Part shown: positions 9,002-17,509 of the stretch, piece after piece
Position numbering within the stretch: position 1 is the stretch's first letter
How the letters are laid out: each line of letters starts with the position of its first letter
Source: Candidatus Kuenenia sp.
GTDB lineage: Bacteria > Planctomycetota > Planctomycetia > Planctomycetales > Planctomycetaceae
Direction: 5' to 3'
Assembly (NCBI GenBank): GCA_043722015.1
Contig: JAYSPO010001114.1
Location: 1 to 34,660 of the forward strand
DNA: 34,660 nucleotides
Program-made: the position numbers and the translations under genes
Notes under the pieces: model-generated
What the model saw: only the letters and a program-made list of their open reading frames with translations
Told to the model about the DNA's origin: nothing
The model's database searches: none

Positions 9002-9307
9002 TCAGCCGATTTCAGCAACCACTTTGCCGTCTTCAATTCTGGCTTCGTACTGAGTCTGGCAGATACGTTGGTTCAGGCAATGCTGTCCCGTGCCGACATC
9101 GAACTGCCAGCCGTGCCAAGGGCAGGTGACGATGTTTCCGCGCAGCATGCCCTTACCGAGCGGACCGCCGGCGTGCGGACAGATGCCGTCGAGCACATGC
9201 AGGATACCGTCGATATTGAACACGGCGAAAATTCGGCCATCCGCGACAACTTCCGCACTGCTGCCCGGCGGAACGGATGCGACATCGATCAAGGCGACTG
9301 CAGCCAC
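9002..9307 (-). CDS. Rieske [2Fe-2S] domain protein (NirD-like / small Rieske ferredoxin)
   Basis: Rieske ligand boxes are CPHAGGPL and CPWHGWQFD, with the expected spacing between them. GTG start at 9307 lies 9 nt after the dipeptidase TAA, with AGGAG upstream. Confidence 0.85.
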   Translation of the reverse strand: MAAVALIDVASVPPGSSAEVVADGRIFAVFNIDGILHVLDGICPHAGGPLGKGMLRGNIVTCPWHGWQFDVGTGQHCLNQRICQTQYEARIEDGKVVAEIG

Positions 9308-9316
9308 GGTCTGTTG

Positions 9317-10483
9317 TTACTCCTGCTTCATCGATTTCGCCACATCTTCGGCATTGCGCAGGACGCGCATCACATTGCCGCCCAGAATTTTGTGGATCGA
9401 GTCTTTGTCGTAGCCTCGATTCAGGAGTTCCTGAGTGATCAACGGGTACGACGCGACGCTTTCCAGTTGTTCCGGAAGTCGTGGCACTCCATCATAATCC
9501 GAACCGATTCCCACATGATCGATCCCGGCGACTTTGACGAGATGATCGATGTGATCGACGACATCGTGCAGACTTCCGCGAGCTTCTTTGTTCAGTTTCA
9601 ACTGCGCGGTCGGTACGATGAACGCGGAAAAGAAATTCACCATCACCACGCCGCCATTCTTCGCCACCAGCGGCAGGACATCGTCCGGAACATTGCGGGG
9701 ATGATCACAGATGGCTCGGGCGCTGGAATGTGAAAAAATCACCGGCGCTTTCGTGGTGGCCAGTGCCGCCTTCATCGTTTCCGGTGACACATGCGACAGA
9801 TCGACCAGCATGCCCAGTCGATTCATTTCGAGCACGACGTCCTTGCCGAAGTCTGACAGGCCATGACTGACAGGTTCGTCCGTCGCCGAATCTGCCCACT
9901 TCAGCGATTTGGAATGCGTGAGCGTCATATAGCGGCAACCTTCGTCGTGGAGACGCTGCAGATTGCTGAGCTCATCTTCGATGCTGTATCCGCCTTCGAC
10001 TCCCATCATGGATGCAACTTTTCCGGACTTGACAATGCGTTCGATGTTATCGGCCGTGGAAGCAAATTCAAATGTCTCCGGATACCGCTGCATCATGGTT
10101 TTTACGATCGAAATCTGATGCAGAGTCTGCAACAGTGCGTCGCCGGTCTTATCGTGTTCCGCCGGGACGAACACAGACCAGAACTGAGCCTTCAGGCCGC
10201 CTTGTCGGAGTCGCGGGATGTCGGTGTGCAGGGTGGGCTGAGGTTTGGAAATATCGAGCGTATCGAACGACGAATTTCCTTTCTCACGAATTTCCCAAGG
10301 CAGGTCGTTGTGTCCGTCGAACAACATGCCTGAAGAGTGAATGGCGGTGGCTTCGGGCGTCAGCACGACTTTCGGACGAGCCGCGTCTTCGGCCAGCGAT
10401 GCAGCGGCAGAGAATACCAGGACAGCCGTGGTTCGCCGGAAAGTTGCCGTGAAGAGCCAGAATGATTGCTGTAGTCGTGTCAT
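9317..10483 (-). CDS. Membrane dipeptidase (peptidase family M19)
   Basis: M19-type motifs are present: FDGHNDLPWEIR, MTLTHSKSLKWAD, VDLSHVS, IFSHSSARA and GIGSDYDG. ATG 10483 gives a signal-like MTRLQQSFWLFTATFRRTTAVLVFSAAASLA. The listed 10522 start is TTG. Confidence 0.9.
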   Translation of the reverse strand: MTRLQQSFWLFTATFRRTTAVLVFSAAASLAEDAARPKVVLTPEATAIHSSGMLFDGHNDLPWEIREKGNSSFDTLDISKPQPTLHTDIPRLRQGGLKAQFWSVFVPAEHDKTGDALLQTLHQISIVKTMMQRYPETFEFASTADNIERIVKSGKVASMMGVEGGYSIEDELSNLQRLHDEGCRYMTLTHSKSLKWADSATDEPVSHGLSDFGKDVVLEMNRLGMLVDLSHVSPETMKAALATTKAPVIFSHSSARAICDHPRNVPDDVLPLVAKNGGVVMVNFFSAFIVPTAQLKLNKEARGSLHDVVDHIDHLVKVAGIDHVGIGSDYDGVPRLPEQLESVASYPLITQELLNRGYDKDSIHKILGGNVMRVLRNAEDVAKSMKQE

Positions 10484-10603
10484 TAGATCGTGCAGCCCAT
10501 AAAATCTGGCGGATCGGACCAATCACGCAGATCTGTACGATCGCTCGTCGGTCAAACGCCTGAGTATTATTCACAGGGAACCACACTAACCAGTTAAGCC
10601 CGA

Positions 10604-10975
10604 TTAGTAAACCGCCTGGTCGTTATTCCTGCTGCCTTGCGGTACACCGGGGGGAACACTCTCGGGGCCGACGGGAACGCCTTGCAGCAGGCGTTGTTCA
10701 GCGGCCTGGCGGGCGGTGCTGCGTGGACGTTCGTAACCCCTCGGGGAAGAATCCGTTGACGGACCGATGTCCGGATCAGGAAAGGGATCCTGCCGACTGT
10801 AGGCGGCGTTTTCAGCAGCCGGGAATTGACTGCACCAGGAAGGGAATCGAGTGTTCTGTGGATTCAGGCAGCCAGTGATACTTACCACTCCGACGCTCAC
10901 AAAATGCAGGAACCACGCCGACGTTCGATCACGAAGTCGGTTTGATTCTGCGTTGTGATTCGTCGTGGCATTCAT
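10604..10975 (-). CDS. Hypothetical small Pro-rich lipoprotein-like protein
   Basis: ATG 10975 gives MNATTNHNAESNRLRDRTSAWFLHFVSVGVVSITGC, a hydrophobic stretch followed by Cys, then a Pro/Gly-rich tail. There is no clear SD and no family I recognise. The longer listed ORF would overlap the end of the upstream ATPase gene. Confidence 0.35.
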   Translation of the reverse strand: MNATTNHNAESNRLRDRTSAWFLHFVSVGVVSITGCLNPQNTRFPSWCSQFPAAENAAYSRQDPFPDPDIGPSTDSSPRGYERPRSTARQAAEQRLLQGVPVGPESVPPGVPQGSRNNDQAVY

Positions 10976-11118
10976 AAAAATTGTATTCTGTTTGTTTTGA
11001 CACTCAGGAATGATTTCACTAACTTCCTCCCACGCAGATTTTTCTGCGGTCCCTTTGCATGGATGCGGGACGCGGCGAAGGCCACGGATGGCCGTTGCCG
11101 CATTTTGCGATCCACAGG

Positions 11119-14100
11119 TTATGCGGCTTTGAATGCACGCGCATTGGCCGCCCACTGAACCCATTCCGTCACTTCAGCAAGATCCGGCTTTCTGCTTTTG
11201 CGAATAATTCGTTCACCTTCTTTGGTGCTTGAAAACGGTTCGACAATGGCCAGCAGAGTTGCCGGGTTCTGTCCGGCCAGTCCTTCCGGGGTCGTGATCC
11301 CGCAGGCCACCAGAATCTGAGCATCGTGGCCACGCAGTTCCGGAATCTGACACATCAACCGCGATTGATGCTGCCATTGCTGAATCACTTGCGGCGTCAG
11401 GCGTCGATGGCTCAGCTTTTCGGAAATCCTTTCAGGTGTCATGTTCATCAGATCTTCCACCGTGCGAATGCCGATTGCTTCAAGCATCTGAACTGTCCGC
11501 GGTCCGATCGACGGTGCTTTTTCGATATTGCTGGTTCGATTGAGAAAGAATCGCAGACCACCGGAACGCTCAGCGACCTCCGAAACGTCAGCTTCTGCCT
11601 CAATGGTTTCCGTCCGTAATCGCGAGGTCTGACGACGGCGGCGTGCCAAGCGTTTTGCGCGGCGTTCTTCGACGTCAGCGTCCCCGCTGATCAGGCGACG
11701 ACGGCGGCTGGTACGCGGTAAACCTGAGTCCTGGTGACCGTGACCCTCACGCGACATCGCAGCCGTGGCACCTACGGAACTGGAATGGGATGCAGCCGTT
11801 GTGGTGCGCGGAACTGTACGCGGAGTTGATCGCACCGAAAACCGGGAACGATTATGACGGGCTTCATCAAGCGAACGGGTGAACTGACCGAAGCGAGCCC
11901 AGTTGATTGCCTGCTGACGATCGATCAGGCGTCCTCCGCGACGGTAGCGACTTCCGGACTCTGATCGCTGAAATTCCGACACTCGATCGAACACTGTTTC
12001 CGGACGCAGGCGGCTGAGTTCTTCGACGGTGCGAATCCCGGATGCGTACAGCAAAGCTGCATCACTGCGACGCAGCATCGGCACGCGAGTTGTCAATTCC
12101 GCCTGGCCCCGCAGTGCGTGTAGACGATCGACCGACAACTGGAAACCTTTCAAACGGGTCGTCTCCTGAAGCTGCGGAACCGTACGGCTCAGCAGATCAT
12201 CGATCGTCAAAATGCCGGATGTTCGCAGTGCTTCCAGCTCACCCAGCGTGATGCCGGCAAGGTCTTCCACACCGTGATCGACTTCCAGATAAAACAACCA
12301 GTTCGTGCCGTTCGGATGGATTGCCGCTTCGACCGGCTGCAGCGTCACCGGCTGGATCACGACCGGACTGACTTCCATGACCGGTTCGACGTACGCATGC
12401 AGAGTCGGCTGCGGCAGCACAGGTGGCAGCACGACGGGAGCAGGTTTGGGCTGTTCAGCGCGATGGTCAAACGTACGTACGTCAGCATTGAAACGAGCGA
12501 ACAGGTCACGCACATCTTTCTGACATGTGAAAAAGACGATCTGATGCCCCTCTTGAGCCAGCTCGGTCAGCAACGTCACCGCGGCATTTGCGCGTGCATC
12601 ATCCGATGTCACAAACACGTCGTCCAGAATCAGCGGCACATGTCCCTGAGTTTCCGAGCGTACCTGAATCAACGCCAATCGCAGCGCAAGGCCGACCTGA
12701 TCGCGCGTCCCGCGACTCAGTTGTGGCAGCGTCAGGTCTTCACTCGTATGCACGGTCTGAACCAGAATCCGATCCGGCACAGCGGCAGAGACTCTGCGGC
12801 ATTCTCCCTCGGTCAGTCGCTGAACGTACTGAGAGGCCAGTTCAAAAACTTTGGAATGACTGCGTCCCTTCAGGCGTTCGATCACTTCCCGCAAACTCGC
12901 TTCGGTACGATCCAACTGACGGCGATGATCTTCCAACAAGACAATTTCAGATTCCAACTGCGCGATTTGAGAGCGAAACGCATCCAGTTGTTCCAGCGTT
13001 GCCGCACCCGCCAGTTCCTGACGCAGCCGTTCCTGCAGCATGCGTTTGGTGTTGCGTGAATCTTCCGTTCCGCAGCGTTCAGCAACCAGGCGGCCACGTT
13101 CGGCTCGCAGACGTGCCAGTTGAGTTTCCACTTCTGCAACGGACCGATATCCGGACAAGCCCTGCGTGTCGGGACCAGACAATTCCTGATGCCCGGTAAA
13201 ACGACAGGCCAACTCGCTCTCTGGAACTGCACCTTCGGCAAGCACGTTTTCCGCTCGCGCCAGTTCCGCTCGCAGAGTTGCAATTTCGGATTCGAGCAGG
13301 CGTTCCATTTCAGCCGCGCCCGAATGGGTTCGTTCGGCAAGCATGGCCTGGAGCGATTCGAGATGTCGAGCGTTCGCTTGTTCGTGCTGACCGAAATATG
13401 AACATAACGCGGCAATTTCGCCACGCAAATGACGAACAACTTCGGCATCGTCCCTGCGTGCGGACTCGGAATGCGCGGATCCACCTAGGCGTTCCGTCAG
13501 AGTCTGTGTCCGTTCTTCCAGGCGAGAGACAATCGCGCGGATGGACTTTGCGGATTCCGCCGGCCGCATTGTGGCATCTCTCGCCGCTTGACGTGACGCG
13601 GTTTCGCGGGATATGAGTCCTCGAATTTCCCGCCACCTTTCCAGCCTGGCGGTGACCGTGCGAATTTCTCCTTCGATCGCCTGTCGGTTCAGTGGCAGTA
13701 CACTTCGACGACGAAGTTCGGCGAGGAGTTGTTCAAGCCGTAGAATTTCCGCATTGATCTCGCGACTACGAGCATCAATACTGTCGATACTGGCCGTTGC
13801 CGCATCGATTTCGCGAATGAGTTGTTCCACGCGCTCGGGCAGGTCAGCGGCAGGACGTCGAAGGGCTGCAATCTGGCCGTGCAGATCGCCCTGACGACGG
13901 CGATGTTCAGAGATGCGATGGACGATGCCGCCCTGCACTCCGTTTCCATCACGATCGCGAATCGTTTGAATCAGCGCGGCTTCAGCCTGCCGAAGTTCCG
14001 GATCATTGTCGCCGAGCCCCATGCCCGATTCCATACACAGTCGCGTCAGAAGTTCGAAGCGTTCCGCCTCTTCATAACCAACGGTGAAGACTTCACGAAA

Positions 14101-14469
14101 AACATCTTCAGTAACCCACGCCGGCAGCAGATTTCCCAGCCCTGAAGCTGAAAGTCGATCCAGTTCGTCGGTCACGGTGAATTGTTCGCTGGAACTTCCC
14201 ACCCCCACCCAGGAGCGACGCAGCGTGCGTGGGCCTCCCGCTGTCTGAATTCGCGCGTAGCCGGAGTCCGCATGAAGTTCGATCTGCGTCCACGGCGTGT
14301 TGCGCCGGTACCCGTACAGCAGGCCGCGCAGGAACCGGACAAATGTCGATTTTCCGGCACCATTCGGCCCGCAGAACACCGTCACGCGGTGCGACAGTTT
14401 TTCGACGGCAACGTTTTTGAGGGAACCAAATCGATCAATTCGAACATCCGTGAGTTGCATCACTGCCAT
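11119..14469 (-). CDS. SMC/Rad50/SbcC-YhaN-like coiled-coil ATPase with a C-terminal extension of two HhH (DUF4332-like) modules
   Basis: Walker A is GPNGAGKST (14344-14370). About 540 aa of Leu/Arg/Glu-rich coiled-coil-like sequence follow. Next come signature-like LSRGTRDQ, Walker B PLILDDVF and then IVFFTCQ. Beyond that are a Pro-rich linker, module 1 (about 11860-12297), an Arg/Ser-rich stretch, and module 2 (about 11134-11556, IEKAPSIGPRTVQMLEAIGIRTVEDL...GHDAQILVACGITTPEGLA). An alternative ATG at 14460 has better SD spacing (AAGGA). Confidence 0.85.
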   Translation of the reverse strand: MAVMQLTDVRIDRFGSLKNVAVEKLSHRVTVFCGPNGAGKSTFVRFLRGLLYGYRRNTPWTQIELHADSGYARIQTAGGPRTLRRSWVGVGSSSEQFTVTDELDRLSASGLGNLLPAWVTEDVFREVFTVGYEEAERFELLTRLCMESGMGLGDNDPELRQAEAALIQTIRDRDGNGVQGGIVHRISEHRRRQGDLHGQIAALRRPAADLPERVEQLIREIDAATASIDSIDARSREINAEILRLEQLLAELRRRSVLPLNRQAIEGEIRTVTARLERWREIRGLISRETASRQAARDATMRPAESAKSIRAIVSRLEERTQTLTERLGGSAHSESARRDDAEVVRHLRGEIAALCSYFGQHEQANARHLESLQAMLAERTHSGAAEMERLLESEIATLRAELARAENVLAEGAVPESELACRFTGHQELSGPDTQGLSGYRSVAEVETQLARLRAERGRLVAERCGTEDSRNTKRMLQERLRQELAGAATLEQLDAFRSQIAQLESEIVLLEDHRRQLDRTEASLREVIERLKGRSHSKVFELASQYVQRLTEGECRRVSAAVPDRILVQTVHTSEDLTLPQLSRGTRDQVGLALRLALIQVRSETQGHVPLILDDVFVTSDDARANAAVTLLTELAQEGHQIVFFTCQKDVRDLFARFNADVRTFDHRAEQPKPAPVVLPPVLPQPTLHAYVEPVMEVSPVVIQPVTLQPVEAAIHPNGTNWLFYLEVDHGVEDLAGITLGELEALRTSGILTIDDLLSRTVPQLQETTRLKGFQLSVDRLHALRGQAELTTRVPMLRRSDAALLYASGIRTVEELSRLRPETVFDRVSEFQRSESGSRYRRGGRLIDRQQAINWARFGQFTRSLDEARHNRSRFSVRSTPRTVPRTTTAASHSSSVGATAAMSREGHGHQDSGLPRTSRRRRLISGDADVEERRAKRLARRRRQTSRLRTETIEAEADVSEVAERSGGLRFFLNRTSNIEKAPSIGPRTVQMLEAIGIRTVEDLMNMTPERISEKLSHRRLTPQVIQQWQHQSRLMCQIPELRGHDAQILVACGITTPEGLAGQNPATLLAIVEPFSSTKEGERIIRKSRKPDLAEVTEWVQWAANARAFKAA

Positions 14470-14562
14470 CCTTAGCTTGAAATCAAGTGCTTTGTTTTTG
14501 CTTCGTCACTGGAAGACCTGGTCCTCGACCACGGGTCAGGTTTTTGTCATGGACAGCACGGT

Positions 14563-15690
14563 TTATGCCACCCGTCGCAGGAGATCCAGACCGACGGCCG
14601 CTTCGCTCCCCGCACCCAACGGAATTCCGGCGGAACTGTTCTCGATCAATCTGTTGCGATGGCCGAATTTCAGGATCCGCTCCCGCACGACTGCCGTAAA
14701 TTCCTTCGCAGCAATCGAAGGATGCTGACTGGCATCGACCGTGCTGTTGTCGGAAAACCGAATTCGATGCGGCCATGCTCCGGAATGCCCTGCGTGCAGA
14801 CTGCTCCGAAGATCCTTCAGCAGATCAAACTCACATAATGGTTCCATGACCGTTCCCGACAGCGTCAGCTGTCCATCGATCACCCATTCGACAACCATTG
14901 TGCAACGACCATTCGCGGACAACAATCGGCTGCGGTCATGGAGCAACTCGCCCAACTCCGATGCCGCCATTCCCTGTCGGCACGACACCAGTTCCAGAGC
15001 GAATCGAATCACATCCGTCACGCACGCGCGGGCAGTGAGCAATTGTCGCGACAGGTCGGCATCCACCAACTGGCAGCCGAAAGCCCCCCGCTCCAGCGGA
15101 CCGATGGACTGGGGACAACCGGCGGACATGCGCAGCAATCGGTCGTGTGCTGAGGCAACTCCATCAATGGAATCAGAAGTCGATGATGGCGTCAGCGATG
15201 GGACGGCAACGTATGCCAGATCAGCCAAAGGGCGCCGATCAGATTCCGTGCCGACTTCGATGCCCAGTGCGCCCGCGCGACCGCGAGTCGATGTTGGCGA
15301 CACTTGGTACTCGATTCGTTCAGCACCGTTTGACCAGACATCCAGGCGTTGTCCGGGGGCCACAAGAATTGCGTCCAATCGACGCAACGCAGCGTGGTCA
15401 GATTCCGGATGGCCAGCAATCACAAGTTGAATCCCGTGTTTCCGGAGGACCTGGGTCTGAGCTTTCAGCCATGTGATGGCTGGACCCAGATCCTGACTGG
15501 ATTCCGTTAATTTTCCGGCGATCAGCAGCAGGTGGCAGCGACCGGCGATGGCGGCTTCGATCACGTTGGTGACGGCCGTTCGAACCGCAGAACCAACTGC
15601 TTTTCGCAGCCAGTCGGGACTGTCGGAGAGCCCCGAGATTGGCGAACCAAGGCGAAGTGAGTCAGTATGTAAGAATCGAATGACAGACAT
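14563..15690 (-). CDS. SbcD/Mre11/YhaO-like protein with degenerate metallophosphoesterase motifs
   Basis: ATG 15690 is preceded by GGGAGG. The N-terminus VIRFLHTDSLRLGSP aligns with canonical ILHTSDWHLG / FIHAADLHLDSP but lacks the D and H. LLLIAGKLTE stands in for AGDLFD. LVIAGHPESD stands in for GNHD. The gene sits upstream of, and on the same strand as, the ATPase gene. Confidence 0.6.
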   Translation of the reverse strand: MSVIRFLHTDSLRLGSPISGLSDSPDWLRKAVGSAVRTAVTNVIEAAIAGRCHLLLIAGKLTESSQDLGPAITWLKAQTQVLRKHGIQLVIAGHPESDHAALRRLDAILVAPGQRLDVWSNGAERIEYQVSPTSTRGRAGALGIEVGTESDRRPLADLAYVAVPSLTPSSTSDSIDGVASAHDRLLRMSAGCPQSIGPLERGAFGCQLVDADLSRQLLTARACVTDVIRFALELVSCRQGMAASELGELLHDRSRLLSANGRCTMVVEWVIDGQLTLSGTVMEPLCEFDLLKDLRSSLHAGHSGAWPHRIRFSDNSTVDASQHPSIAAKEFTAVVRERILKFGHRNRLIENSSAGIPLGAGSEAAVGLDLLRRVA

Positions 15691-16046
15691 CCATGCCTCC
15701 CTGCAATGGAAGAATGCAGAACCTCCGGGCGCAATCCGTCACGCGCGGTGCAAACGGCGTGACTTTACAGAATGGCCCGAATCGTGCCTATAGCATTTCG
15801 GCAAAATCCGCCGAAGCCGGTCACACTGTCCTCGAATCCGCCGAATCTGAAAACCATTGCTTTTGCGTTCCCGCGGCCTCGGCATCGCTCAGGTTTGTGG
15901 ACCTGACTCCGCATCGGAAGGGCAAAAACGCTCCTGCGTTGGGTTTTCGTCGCTGGGAAAATCCGCTACCGTACGGACCACGAATCGCTCAATAGACTTA
16001 GTTGAGCCAACTTCCCACCATTACCAACCTGCCCGGAGCCCCTCAT

Positions 16047-17360
16047 ATGCTCGTCAAAGCGATTTTTCTTCCCTCGCTTCTGTCCGCGATTATTTTCAGC
16101 CTGTGTCACGTCAGTTCTGCTGCCGACGTGCCGGAAGGTTTTCATGCCATTTTTAATGGGAAGGATCTGACGGGCTGGCACGGAATGCCACACTTCGATC
16201 CGCGTGATCTGGCAAAGATGACACCTGAAGATCGTACGAAACATATCGCTGAATGGACCGCAGATTCAAAGCTGCACTGGTCGGTCGAAAACGAAGAACT
16301 TGTCAATGACGGACATGGTGCCTATCTGGCGACGGACGGCGAATACACCGACTACGAATTGCTGATTGAATACAAGACTGTACCGCTGGCCGACAGTGGG
16401 ATCTATCTGAAAGCGAGTCCTCAGGTACAAATCTGGGACACGACAGAAGAAGCCAAGTTCAACCTTGGTGCAAATAAGGGCAGTGGCGGACTGTGGAACA
16501 ACAGTGCAGGTGCGGAGGGCAAGGATCCTGCTGAGCTCGCCGACAAGCCGTTCGGAGAATGGAACAGCTTCCGGATTCGTCAGATTGGTGCGCGAACCAG
16601 CGTCTGGCTGAACGGAAAGCACGTCGTGGACAATGCGATCATGGAGAATTACTTTGATCGCGAGAATCCATTATTCCGCAGTGGACCGATCTGTCTGCAG
16701 ACACACGGTGGAGAAATTCGCTGGCGCAACATTTTTCTGCGGGAGATTCCGGCGGAAGAGGCCAATCAGATTCTGGCCGCAAGTCACGCCGACGGATTTG
16801 AATCCGGATTCAACGGTACTGATCTCACTGGCTGGGGCGGTGCCTCAGAAAATTACGAAGTCGTCGATGGGGCAATTCGTTGCAAAGCAGGTCATGGTGG
16901 GATTCTGCATACGACGGACGAATACGCCAACTTTGTCGTTCGACTGGAATTCGTGGTTCCTCCGTCAGGCAACAATGGTCTTGCCATTCGCACCAACGGC
17001 ACCGGCGATCCGGCCTACGCAGCCATGTGTGAATTGCAGGTGCTCGATTCTGAACACAAGAACTATGCCAACCTTGATGCACGTCAATACCACGGCTCAG
17101 CCTACGGCATGGCTGCTGCAAAACGGGGTTTCCTGAGACCAGCGAACACCTGGAATTTTCAGGAAGTCACAGTGAATGGCAGTACGATCAAGGTTGAACT
17201 GAATGGAAATCTCATTCTGAATGCCGATCTTTCCAAGGTCACTGAATACATGGCAAATTCACCGCACCCCGGCAAGGATCGATCCAGCGGGTTCTTTGGA
17301 TTCGCTGGTCACAATGATCCCGTCGCGTTCCGGAACATCAGCATCAAACGGTTGCCCTGA
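16047..17360 (+). CDS. Secreted protein with two DUF1080 (3-keto-disaccharide hydrolase-like) domains
   Basis: ATG 16047 gives the signal MLVKAIFLPSLLSAIIFSLCHVSSA. There are two copies of the DUF1080 pattern. The first is EGFHAIFNGKDLTGWHG...GPICLQTHGGEIRWRNIFLREI. The second is DGFESGFNGTDLTGWGG...FGFAGHNDPVAFRNISIKRL. Confidence 0.9.
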   Translation: MLVKAIFLPSLLSAIIFSLCHVSSAADVPEGFHAIFNGKDLTGWHGMPHFDPRDLAKMTPEDRTKHIAEWTADSKLHWSVENEELVNDGHGAYLATDGEYTDYELLIEYKTVPLADSGIYLKASPQVQIWDTTEEAKFNLGANKGSGGLWNNSAGAEGKDPAELADKPFGEWNSFRIRQIGARTSVWLNGKHVVDNAIMENYFDRENPLFRSGPICLQTHGGEIRWRNIFLREIPAEEANQILAASHADGFESGFNGTDLTGWGGASENYEVVDGAIRCKAGHGGILHTTDEYANFVVRLEFVVPPSGNNGLAIRTNGTGDPAYAAMCELQVLDSEHKNYANLDARQYHGSAYGMAAAKRGFLRPANTWNFQEVTVNGSTIKVELNGNLILNADLSKVTEYMANSPHPGKDRSSGFFGFAGHNDPVAFRNISIKRLP

Positions 17361-17509
17361 ACAACCCTTACCTCGCTTTTGTACCGGCAAGCTGACGCCT
17401 GCCGCTCGCCAATTGTGTCACGCATGACCGCGCGAGGTATTTCCAGTGCCTGCATCTCAGGTTGAGGACCGCCACACGCAACTGTAAAACGAACGGCAAG
17501 GTCGAGGTC

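Noticed and set aside
8792-9733. 313-aa ORF on the + strand
   Set aside because: It is antisense to the Rieske and dipeptidase genes, which have clear catalytic motifs, and it has no motifs of its own.
11033-11101. Hairpins CGCAGA-tttt-TCTGCG (11033-11048) and GCGGC...GCCGC (about 11072-11101) downstream of the ATPase gene
   Set aside because: The stems are short or interrupted. On the strand of the upstream gene (minus) neither is followed by a T-run, so there is not enough evidence for a terminator call.
12274-13199. ORFs 12274..13059(+) and 12588..13199(+), 261 and 203 aa
   Set aside because: They are antisense to the coiled-coil region of the SMC-like ATPase. Low-complexity Arg/Gln/Phe-rich translations arise from the complementary strand of Leu/Glu/Arg codons.
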